Assembly (NCBI GenBank): GCA_030408475.1
Contig: JAUHQG010000027.1
Location: 3,024-67,023 of the forward strand
Reading direction: 5' to 3'
Source of the DNA: Candidatus Amphrikana amoebophyrae
GTDB lineage: Bacteria; Chlamydiota; Chlamydiia; Chlamydiales; JACRBE01
DNA: 64,000 nucleotides
Shown: in pieces, positions 10,147-18,475 of the stretch
Numbering within the stretch: the stretch's first letter is position 1
Layout: every line of letters starts with the position of its first letter
Notes under the pieces: generated by a model
Seen by the model: the letters and a program-made list of their open reading frames with translations, nothing else
The model's database searches: none
What the model was told of the DNA's origin: nothing
Translations under genes and position numbers: made by a program

Positions 10147-11606
10147 GAGATTTTAGTTTAGCGCTTCACACAGATTTATATCAGTTAACTATGGCTTACG
10201 GCTATTTTAAAGAGGGAATAGCGGACAAAGAGACAGTGTTTCACCATTTTTTTCGTAAAAAACCATTTGGTGGAGAGTATGCTATTGTATGCGGCCTTGA
10301 CAATTTGATAGATTTTATTCAAAATTTTAGATTTTCCACTTCAGACTTAGACTATTTGAAATCTTTAAAGGGGTCTAATGATTTACCTTTATTTGATGAT
10401 CCATTTCTTGAGTACTTGGCGAACTTCTCTTTTACTCTCGATATAGATGCTGCCCCTGAAGGAACCGTTATTTTTCCGTATGAGCCCATTATTCGAGTTC
10501 AAGGCTCTTTGCTTCAAGCTCAATTGTTAGAGAGCGCGTTGTTGAATATTGTTAACTTCCAAACTTTGATAGCAACTAAAGCTTCTCGGATCTTAGTAGC
10601 TGCAGAAGGGCAAGAAGTAGTAGAATTTGGTATGCGAAGAGCTCAGGGAATTGACGGAGCTTTATCAGCTTCTCGAGCTTCATTTGTGGGTGGATGTAGC
10701 GCTACTTCTAATGTATTAGCGGGAAAAAAATTTGGTATTCCAGTTAAAGGGACACACGCGCACAGTTGGGTAATGTCTTTTTCTGATGAGCAACAAGCTT
10801 TTGAATCATTTGCTCATATAATGCCTGGAAATGCCACTTTTTTAGTTGATACTTATGATTCTATACAAGGGACTAAAAAAGCGATAGCTGTGGCAAAAAG
10901 CAAAGGGGCCGACTTTAAATTTTTAGCGGTTAGATTGGATTCAGGAGATTTAGCGCAGTTGAGTATTGAGATTCGCAAACTCTTGGATCAGGCTGGTTTT
11001 CTAAAGACAAAAATTATGGCATCAAATGAACTTGATGAATTTATCATTCGAGATTTAAAGCACCAAGGAGCCAAAATTGATGTGTGGTGCGTTGGAACAT
11101 CGCTTTCAACTGCTAAAGGGCAATCAGCTTTAGATGGTGTCTATAAACTCTCTGCCTATAAAGACGAAAAAGGGCAATGGCAGCAAACAATAAAAATTTC
11201 AGAACAATTAATCAAAACGACTAATCCTGGAAATTTAGAAGTTCGCCGATATTACACAGATCAAGGTTATATTGCCGATATGATATATGACAGGATGAAC
11301 CCTACAGTAGAAGCTCCAACTCTGATTCATCCAATTGATAGTACTAAGAAAAAGAAGATCTTAGGAAAAATTTCTCACCATGATTTACTTATTCCTATCT
11401 TTAAAGAGGGTAATTGCATATATTATAGACCAAAATTAAAGCAAATTCAGGATCACATGAAAAGAGAAATGGAAAAATTCCATCCTAGCGTCATGCGATT
11501 TTTGTACCCTAATCCGTTTTTTGTTGGGTTAGAGTCGAGTTTGTATGAAACAAAGATAGCTTTAATGGAAAGGATAAAAAATGAGAAAAGCTCTATTAAT
11601 TGTTGA
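10143..11606 (+). CDS. pncB: Nicotinate phosphoribosyltransferase
   Basis: N-terminal LHTDLYQLTMAYGYF signature, GMRRAQG and GTHAHSWV motifs of the NAPRTase family, 487 aa. Confidence 0.9.
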   Translation: MRDFSLALHTDLYQLTMAYGYFKEGIADKETVFHHFFRKKPFGGEYAIVCGLDNLIDFIQNFRFSTSDLDYLKSLKGSNDLPLFDDPFLEYLANFSFTLDIDAAPEGTVIFPYEPIIRVQGSLLQAQLLESALLNIVNFQTLIATKASRILVAAEGQEVVEFGMRRAQGIDGALSASRASFVGGCSATSNVLAGKKFGIPVKGTHAHSWVMSFSDEQQAFESFAHIMPGNATFLVDTYDSIQGTKKAIAVAKSKGADFKFLAVRLDSGDLAQLSIEIRKLLDQAGFLKTKIMASNELDEFIIRDLKHQGAKIDVWCVGTSLSTAKGQSALDGVYKLSAYKDEKGQWQQTIKISEQLIKTTNPGNLEVRRYYTDQGYIADMIYDRMNPTVEAPTLIHPIDSTKKKKILGKISHHDLLIPIFKEGNCIYYRPKLKQIQDHMKREMEKFHPSVMRFLYPNPFFVGLESSLYETKIALMERIKNEKSSINC

Positions 11607-12183
11607 TGTTCAAAACGACTTTCTGCCTGGTGGATCATTAGAAGTTCCAGAGTCAGATGAAATCATTCCTATTATTCTTGAGTTAGTGTCTCAATTTGAA
11701 ACTGTAATCGCTACTCAAGATTTTCACCCAGTTGGTCATTGTAGCTTTGCATCAACACATAAAAAAGAAGTGGGTGATTGTATAGAAGTTAATGGTGATG
11801 AGCAAGTGCTTTGGCCTGATCATTGCATCCAAGGAACAAAAGGGGTAAATTTACACCAGTCAATCCTCGATAACGTTGAATTAGCTAAAATTGTACAAAA
11901 AGGGACTAATCTAAAAGTAGATAGTTACAGCGCTTTTTTTGATAATGATCTCGAATCAATGACAGATCTAGATGAATATCTAGATAGTGAGGATATTACT
12001 CATCTATCTGTAGTGGGCCTTGCCACTGACTATTGCGTTAAAAATACTGTACTAGATGCTCTAGATTTGGGCTACAAGGTGTCAGTTATCCTTGAAGGGT
12101 GTAGAGCTGTCAATTTATACCCTGAAGATGAAGAAGAGGCTATAAAAGAGATGGCAGCTGCTGGAGCGCAGATTATTTGCTAA
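11581..12183 (+). CDS. pncA: Nicotinamidase / pyrazinamidase (isochorismatase fold)
   Basis: ALLIVDVQNDFLPGGSL N-terminus and the catalytic Cys motif GLATDYCV. It overlaps the pncB 3' end by 26 nt. Confidence 0.9.
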   Translation: MRKALLIVDVQNDFLPGGSLEVPESDEIIPIILELVSQFETVIATQDFHPVGHCSFASTHKKEVGDCIEVNGDEQVLWPDHCIQGTKGVNLHQSILDNVELAKIVQKGTNLKVDSYSAFFDNDLESMTDLDEYLDSEDITHLSVVGLATDYCVKNTVLDALDLGYKVSVILEGCRAVNLYPEDEEEAIKEMAAAGAQIIC

Positions 12184-12273
12184 CCCACCTAACTTGCTGA
12201 TTGTTAAACACTTACGCCTATAGCTTGCTATTTGCGCTCTTTTTATGGTAGTTCTAGTCTAAAGGGGTGTTAT

Positions 12274-12564
12274 ATGAATCAAGAGTTAGAGTCGATAGGT
12301 AAGGAGGTTCGCCAAATTATGGCGAATATAAGCGCAGGAGAGACGCGAAATAATCGAATATTAGCCTCTATTCATGATAGACTCGATAACTTGGTAGAGG
12401 TTCTTGATAAATCTCAAAGTTTACTCCGTTCTCATTTTGTATCTTTTTATGAGGCGGTGGATAATTACGATTCAAATCCAAGTAGCCCTGCTCTTCAATA
12501 TGTAGATCAAATGGCAAAGCCTATGTTAGTTGAAGTGAAAAGGTTGACAGCTGAGGTCCAATAG
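12274..12564 (+). CDS. Hypothetical small helical protein
   Basis: The track ORF starts at TTG 12232. The ATG at 12274 is preceded by AAAGGGG (SD-like). No recognisable domain. Confidence 0.4.
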   Translation: MNQELESIGKEVRQIMANISAGETRNNRILASIHDRLDNLVEVLDKSQSLLRSHFVSFYEAVDNYDSNPSSPALQYVDQMAKPMLVEVKRLTAEVQ

Positions 12565-12579
12565 TCTACCATAATTCAT

Positions 12580-13782
12580 ATGGAAAAACGATCGACATTC
12601 TCAAAAGTGCTAAGTGGCAGCTTACTTATTTCAGGAACAACTATTGGCGCTGGTATGCTGGGTATACCTTTAGTTACCAATGCGTGCGGATTTATCCCTG
12701 CCTCAGTTATTTGTGTTGTCGTTTGGCTTTTTATGTTACTTACTGGGTTGCTTTTACTTAGAGCTACACTGTGGCTTCCCGATCACTCAAGTTACCTCTC
12801 GATTTCTAAGAAGTTTTTGGGGAGAGGAGGTGAAGTTGTGACGGGTGTCATGTTTGTCTTTTTGTATTACTGCCTTATGATCGCTTATTTTGCTGCAGGC
12901 TCTCATTTAATAGCTGATTTATTATACTGTTATTTAAATATATCCCTTTTTGGTCCGTTTAGTATTCTGCTTTTTTCTACTTTTTTCTTCATTATTGTTG
13001 TGATTGGCCCTAAGTCGATAGATCGGGTCAATATAGTGCTAAGCTTGTGTATGTTTGCCCTTTGGTTTGTTTTACTCGGTCTTGGTATTCCTCATGTAGA
13101 TGAAGAGCTTTTGGTGACAAGAGATTTCTCCAAAATGTGGGTCGCTCTTCCGCTGCTTTTTGGAGCCTTTGGTTATCACAATATTATCCCTTCTTTGACT
13201 AGTTACCTTAAACGCGATAAGAAAGCTTTACGACTTTCTATTTATATAGGCGCTACTATTCCTCTTGTTGCTTACGTCTTATGGCAGTGGCTGATTTTAG
13301 GAATACTTCCCGATAATGTTATTCAGGATTTAATGGGAAAAGGGTTGCCGGTTACTTTTGCGCTTAAAGAGTTTGTCCACTCCAAGTACATATTTGTGAC
13401 GGGACAACTTTTTGCCCTTTTTGCGATTATTACTTCTGTTTTAGGGGTCTCTTTCTCTCTTATTGATTTTTTAGCGGATGGTTTTAATAAAAAAGCAAAA
13501 GGGGTGAATAGAATATGGCTCTCTCTCTTAACAATATTGCCACCTGCACTTATTGCGCTTAGCAACCCTTCTGTATTTGAAAAAGCGCTCAGTATTGCGG
13601 GTGGATTTGGTGAAGCCATCTTAAATGGGTTTTTGCCTGTTGCTGTTGTTTATTCGGCTTGTTATTTCTTGAAAAAGCCGCAGTATGAGTGCGTAAAAGG
13701 GGGGAGGGTACTGCTCATAATATTGGCTGGATTTGCTTTACTTGTTACGGTGATTGAGGCGCTTCATTTGGCGTTTGATTAA
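12580..13782 (+). CDS. tyrP: Aromatic amino acid (tyrosine/tryptophan) permease, HAAAP family
   Basis: 400 aa, about 11 TM segments, with an N-terminal GTTIGAGMLGIPL motif typical of TyrP/Mtr/TnaB. A paralogue lies at 55878..57089. Confidence 0.85.
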   Translation: MEKRSTFSKVLSGSLLISGTTIGAGMLGIPLVTNACGFIPASVICVVVWLFMLLTGLLLLRATLWLPDHSSYLSISKKFLGRGGEVVTGVMFVFLYYCLMIAYFAAGSHLIADLLYCYLNISLFGPFSILLFSTFFFIIVVIGPKSIDRVNIVLSLCMFALWFVLLGLGIPHVDEELLVTRDFSKMWVALPLLFGAFGYHNIIPSLTSYLKRDKKALRLSIYIGATIPLVAYVLWQWLILGILPDNVIQDLMGKGLPVTFALKEFVHSKYIFVTGQLFALFAIITSVLGVSFSLIDFLADGFNKKAKGVNRIWLSLLTILPPALIALSNPSVFEKALSIAGGFGEAILNGFLPVAVVYSACYFLKKPQYECVKGGRVLLIILAGFALLVTVIEALHLAFD

Positions 13783-15050
13783 CCACTGAAAGAAAGGGCC
13801 TTAAAAGTAGTAAGTAGGGGTAAATGGTCGGATGACCCACTGTGCGCCGTATCTGGTGTAACAAAGTCTTCTACGACTTCTTTTGTGTGTTTAAGAGTAA
13901 AATCAGAAGCTTCAGATCTTAAACCGTCAACAGGGTGACAATAATCTAGAGATTCTCCTAAAGATACATTTTTATTCCAATTAATTGTCTCGCTTCCCCA
14001 AGTTGAGTTTTCATGTTCTAGGTCATAAAATGATGAATCTCGAATATCATTTACACTATCAAGGTTGCCTGTCGCTTTGACAGCTTCGCTGCTCATGTTA
14101 AGGTCTCCCATAACTATAGACGATCCAATATTATACCCTTCTTTTTCAAGCTTAGTCTTAAAGTCTTTCATCTTGTTTTTGATTGAAGTGAGTTGAGCCT
14201 TTCTTTTATTAGTATAAAAATCGCTTCCTTCAGCATCATCTTTGGCTTGCAAATGAGTGTTGGCGACTAGTATGTATTTATTTGTGTCAACTTGAAGGCA
14301 AGTGATAATGGCTCCTTTATTCATCATCGAGTCATCACCAGAGCCATTGGTAAAACGTATGCCCATAACAGCAACGGGTTTAAAGTTTGTGGCCATTACA
14401 AGTCCAGCGTCAAGACCCCACTCGGTGGGAAAAGCGTTATGCATTACATAACGATATTTGGATGATAAAGTGTTGCATAAAATTGATCGAGCTTTTTTGT
14501 CTAAAACCTCTTGAAATGAAGCAACGCCATATGTACGATCTTTTTCACCATATTTGGAGGCAATTTCTCTTGATCTTTCTTCTGGGTTTCGAGTTTGGTT
14601 CACATTTGAAAATAGTCCACACATGAGACCGGTATTGTAGCTTGAAAAAGTGGTCTCTTCTCCAACTTTTAACGTTTTTTGCAAAATAGTTTCATTAATA
14701 GACATCTGAATGTTTTTTAAATCAAAACTAACAACAGTTTTTAAAAGCATTCCGACTGCTATAGCGGGAGATGATGCAATAGCAAGTGTGAGGCCAATTG
14801 TTCCAAAGCTAAATTTTAAAGCTATTTTAATAATAGCAAAATGGTTATTAGATTTTCCTGGAGTTAGGTGGAAGAGAGCGTGGCCCAAAAGTTCGGCTCC
14901 ATATTTAGCAGGCCTACTCAAAATATCGCCTATTTTGCCAATAATTGCGGTTAGAGTTGAGTGGTATTCGGAATCAATGCCGGTTTCAGGCATGTCATTA
15001 GGCATGCGCAAGAATACTTCTTTGCTGACTGTAGCGGTTAATGGAGTCAT
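13779..15050 (-). CDS. Endonuclease/exonuclease/phosphatase (EEP)-fold enzyme with an N-terminal hydrophobic anchor
   Basis: The EEP catalytic boxes appear in order: ASFQEV (Glu), ANTHLQA (His), GDLNMS (Asp-x-Asn) and SSDHLPL (Asp-His). The N-terminal ~120 aa contain a ~35-aa bilobed hydrophobic stretch (IALKFSFGTIGLTLAIASSPAIAVGMLLKTVV). Confidence 0.7.
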   Translation of the reverse strand: MTPLTATVSKEVFLRMPNDMPETGIDSEYHSTLTAIIGKIGDILSRPAKYGAELLGHALFHLTPGKSNNHFAIIKIALKFSFGTIGLTLAIASSPAIAVGMLLKTVVSFDLKNIQMSINETILQKTLKVGEETTFSSYNTGLMCGLFSNVNQTRNPEERSREIASKYGEKDRTYGVASFQEVLDKKARSILCNTLSSKYRYVMHNAFPTEWGLDAGLVMATNFKPVAVMGIRFTNGSGDDSMMNKGAIITCLQVDTNKYILVANTHLQAKDDAEGSDFYTNKRKAQLTSIKNKMKDFKTKLEKEGYNIGSSIVMGDLNMSSEAVKATGNLDSVNDIRDSSFYDLEHENSTWGSETINWNKNVSLGESLDYCHPVDGLRSEASDFTLKHTKEVVEDFVTPDTAHSGSSDHLPLLTTFKALSFSG

Positions 15051-15246
15051 TGGTCCCCCTGTTTTTAATCTTCATGCTATTATTATACAGTTTAACTTGT
15101 TAATAATCAATAAAAGTTTAATTAACTAACAAACAATATAAATATAATTTTAATAAACAAATATGATGGTTTTTTAACAATAGTTCTTTTGTTTTTAATT
15201 CTTTTTTGATACTATCTTTACCAATATCTAAAAATAAGGAGTTGTT

Positions 15247-15489
15247 ATGGCTGGAATAATAGGATTAGTAAACCATGTTAGAGAGGTTATAAATCCTCCG
15301 CCAATTACGGCTAAGGAAGCTGTTAAAAATGCTGCTCTTTGCGCTTTTTGCGCTCTTGGAATGTATACTTTAAACCAAGGTGCCGAGCTTCAGGGGCGTC
15401 ATGTGTATACTTTTCCAACTTATGGGGTTTTAGCTTTAGTTTGCTTCAATTCGGGAATGAAAGTGAAAAGGTATTTTGAGCAAGACTAG
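15247..15489 (+). CDS. Hypothetical small membrane protein
   Basis: 80 aa with two hydrophobic segments. AAGGAG lies upstream of the ATG. Its stop codon overlaps the stop of the convergent 962-aa gene (CTAG). Confidence 0.35.
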   Translation: MAGIIGLVNHVREVINPPPITAKEAVKNAALCAFCALGMYTLNQGAELQGRHVYTFPTYGVLALVCFNSGMKVKRYFEQD

Positions 15490-18374
15490 CCTAATACTCG
15501 CTCGTCTACCGCTTCTTCGAAAATCTCTTTCGTTATAGCGGCTTGCTCTTTTACCCATCCCCACGCGCTCGTGAGCATGCGCCAAGTTCTGTTGCCGGTT
15601 TGGCGAGTGACTCTTGCGCATCTTGCGCCACCTCTTGCTGATCGCCTTTGGCATTGCAACCTTTCATAATTCACCCTTCTAGAGGCTGTTTTAGCTCTGT
15701 CTAGTACCTGTTGAGCTCCATTTCTAACTACATCGCTCTTGATTATTGCAACGGTTGCAACCCTTAATGTCGCTGTTACAAACAGGTTGTCAATGTATAC
15801 TTGTGCTACAATTGCAACTGTAGAGCTAGCTACGGCTGAAACTAAATTAACACGTGTCATTTTATCACTAATCGGTTGATGCTTGGGGCCGATTCTAGTT
15901 GTGTATCCTGCGAAGAATTCAAATTCAGGGGTGAGCCATTGAGCGGCGGCGGCGGCCCAAGATGGAGAAAAAAGAACGAACCAGTTACTTACAACGGTTG
16001 AGCCATATACGCTAGCTCCTAAAGTAACAATCCACTTTGCTTTCGGTATAGCGTTATATTCGATTGCAAGTCGACGAGCTTCACTGCTTACGGCCAATAC
16101 AGAAGCGACTGACAAAGAGACTTTTATCCATTTAGATGTCTTTGACATTAATTGGAATCTTTTGGGTAGTCGTCTCTCAAGCATTCTGAAGTCTTTTTGC
16201 ATTTGTTGAAAATGTTGTCGAGTTTTTCTAAGAGGTATTCCTTCTTCGAAATTATTTTTAATCGTTTGATAGCGCGGGTGGTCTCTTACCCATCTTTTTA
16301 CACATGTTAATGAGCAAATTATTGTAACGACATCAACGGCTAATGAGGCTTCACCTGGCAAAACTAGTTTAAGGCCTTGTAGAGTTACTCCGGAAACGAC
16401 TTGAAATGGGATTACACTAATACCTAGAGATTCAGTTGCTCTAGCGGTTGCTGCATTCGATGCAAATCCAAGTTTGTTGGCAGATCTAGCTAGACTTCCG
16501 TAGATACGTGGATTGACAACTAGATCAACTAAGGGGGCCCAAGGATCTTTTACCATTTGTAGTCCGGTTGCTACAACAACCTCTAGAGCTATTGCACCTA
16601 TATTTGTAATCTGAGTTTGTGTATATCCCGATCCATTCATATCCCGAGATATTTCATGGAGCGCTTGTTGAAAATCTGATTGAATTTTTTGACAAACTAG
16701 GTATAATTTTGGATAGCGTTTTATATTTGTAGCATCGTCTAAGTCGTATGAAACCATATTAGCAATAACCCACGTAGCGATTCCACCGATAAAAGTGTGC
16801 CCCGAGATTGTGGATAAAGAGCCCCCAATAACGGCGATTCCAAGTCTTGCTAGTGAAGGTCTGCTTTCTAATACAGCGGTTATATTGCTAAGTATTGGAG
16901 CTAAATTCATCAATTCTAATTCAGCTACTATTTGGATTAAAAAGTTAGGTGCTGCTAGTTCATCAAGAGGGGTTATAGCTGTTCTTCCGCTTGTCAAAGC
17001 TTCAGTCACATCTCCAAAGAGTGTCGATGCGGAAGTTTTGGTTAATTTTTCATAACGACTGACTAAGTTTCGAAGTGCTTTTGCCGCCTTTTTTGGATCA
17101 GCCCCTTCTCCAGCTTTAATAGAGTCTTTAAGTTTATTCACTTCAGTAAGTAAGTTGCCTGCTTGAGTTAGTAAGCCATTGGCTTGATTGCTTACAGATC
17201 CCAATTGTGACTTGATAGATCTCGTATACAGTTCTAGGTTGTGACTAAGAGATCTCAAAGTTACTTCTGTTGGTACTTTTTTAACAATAACATCGTGTAA
17301 AATACCAAGCATACCTGATCGGATTTTTTCATTAATCATCCCTTTTACAATAGACTTAGGGATTGAAATAGCCATTTTTTTAGCGACTCTCTTTAATCCT
17401 CTTTCTCCCATTCGCATTAGCTCTTGAAAGTGGGGGTTTTTGATTATCATTCGCTTGATAGTAGGTGAGTTTATAAGAGACATAACAAGAGCATTATCAA
17501 CTCCTATGAGATTTGAGGCGCTAAGGAAAATATATTGCGCTAAAATAAAAGTAGCTCCTTCGCAGTAAGTTATATCTTCTCCTACATCGCCATTATAGAC
17601 TCCGAGTTGCTTTCCAACTTCTTTTCTTCCTTCGTCTAAAAACTGAGAGAGGTATCCAGGACCCCAAAGGTTATCAAAACTGGTCCTAGTTTCCATAGTT
17701 AGCGCTAAAGCTGTTGTTGCAACCCCTTCAAAAACATCAACGGCTCGCGTTGCTGCGCGAGCGTATTGAGGATCAGCTCTTCCTGCCCTTGCCTCTCTTC
17801 TTTGAAAGGCAAATTCGTGAGCTGTAGCTCTTAATTGAGCTCTTGCTAGTTGAGCTCTTTGTCTGTATGTCATTGGAGCTAGCGCTATTGGTGGAGGGGG
17901 AGCATCAAGTCTTGGTTGTGCTGCTGGCTCATCATCAATGCGCTGATGAGCGGCTCTATATCTGTATTCAGCCTCTCTTTCGCATCTAGCTTGCGTTGCG
18001 GGAGGAAGAAGGGGGGGTAATTCATCAAGAGCTCGTAATTGATGAGTTTGATTTCTGAGCATTTGCTCTGCATCTGCCCAGGTATAAGAAGCCCTAGTAG
18101 CAACAGCTCTAGCGTCGAAATCGTCAGCAGGCTCATCTAAGTCAGGCTCATCATCAGAATCATCCAATTCTAAAACGGTTACTCTTTGGGGATAAAGGGG
18201 TTCTTTTAATGAAGAGTGTGGAGTGGTGGTAACTTGAGCTGACACGCGGGTAGTAAGCTCACCTTCATGCAGGCCAAGGCTTCTCATAGGTGTGCGATGA
18301 CGCATTTCGCACTCTTTAAATTGAGCGTATACATCTAATGCTAAGTGAGTTGAGTATCCTGAAGCAGTGCTCAA
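15486..18374 (-). CDS. Large hypothetical protein, paralogue A (962 aa)
   Basis: Uninterrupted 2.9-kb ORF. The TTG start is preceded by GGGGAGGG. It aligns end-to-end with the next gene, for example LELMNLAPILSNITAVLES..GIAVIGGSLSTISGHTFIGGIATWVIANMVSYDLDD against LELMRLAPTLSNTLTVLND..SIAILGGITSAAVGYPLLGGIATLGITQLVSYEADD. No known domain recognised. Confidence 0.8.
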   Translation of the reverse strand: MSTASGYSTHLALDVYAQFKECEMRHRTPMRSLGLHEGELTTRVSAQVTTTPHSSLKEPLYPQRVTVLELDDSDDEPDLDEPADDFDARAVATRASYTWADAEQMLRNQTHQLRALDELPPLLPPATQARCEREAEYRYRAAHQRIDDEPAAQPRLDAPPPPIALAPMTYRQRAQLARAQLRATAHEFAFQRREARAGRADPQYARAATRAVDVFEGVATTALALTMETRTSFDNLWGPGYLSQFLDEGRKEVGKQLGVYNGDVGEDITYCEGATFILAQYIFLSASNLIGVDNALVMSLINSPTIKRMIIKNPHFQELMRMGERGLKRVAKKMAISIPKSIVKGMINEKIRSGMLGILHDVIVKKVPTEVTLRSLSHNLELYTRSIKSQLGSVSNQANGLLTQAGNLLTEVNKLKDSIKAGEGADPKKAAKALRNLVSRYEKLTKTSASTLFGDVTEALTSGRTAITPLDELAAPNFLIQIVAELELMNLAPILSNITAVLESRPSLARLGIAVIGGSLSTISGHTFIGGIATWVIANMVSYDLDDATNIKRYPKLYLVCQKIQSDFQQALHEISRDMNGSGYTQTQITNIGAIALEVVVATGLQMVKDPWAPLVDLVVNPRIYGSLARSANKLGFASNAATARATESLGISVIPFQVVSGVTLQGLKLVLPGEASLAVDVVTIICSLTCVKRWVRDHPRYQTIKNNFEEGIPLRKTRQHFQQMQKDFRMLERRLPKRFQLMSKTSKWIKVSLSVASVLAVSSEARRLAIEYNAIPKAKWIVTLGASVYGSTVVSNWFVLFSPSWAAAAAQWLTPEFEFFAGYTTRIGPKHQPISDKMTRVNLVSAVASSTVAIVAQVYIDNLFVTATLRVATVAIIKSDVVRNGAQQVLDRAKTASRRVNYERLQCQRRSARGGARCARVTRQTGNRTWRMLTSAWGWVKEQAAITKEIFEEAVDERVLG

Positions 18375-18475
18375 ATTCCCTCCCCGAGATTTAAAAGCAT
18401 TCGTAGCACTATTTTAACACATATTACATTATAAATAAAACTTTAATTATATTTGCTTAAACACTTTAAAACTAA

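Noticed and set aside
14710-15129. Antisense ORFs inside long CDSs (also 218..466, 7965..8237, 13323..13619, 16795..17055, 18513..18740, 33587..33928, 38045..38335, 60536..60925 and others in the track)
   Set aside because: Each lies opposite or out of frame to a much longer ORF with recognisable motifs or paralogy. They have no independent support.
15436-15654. 72-aa Arg-rich ORF on the minus strand overlapping the 3' end of the 962-aa gene
   Set aside because: It is an alternative frame of the GC-rich Arg-coding tail, where GC-rich stretches suppress stop codons. There is no evidence it is separate.
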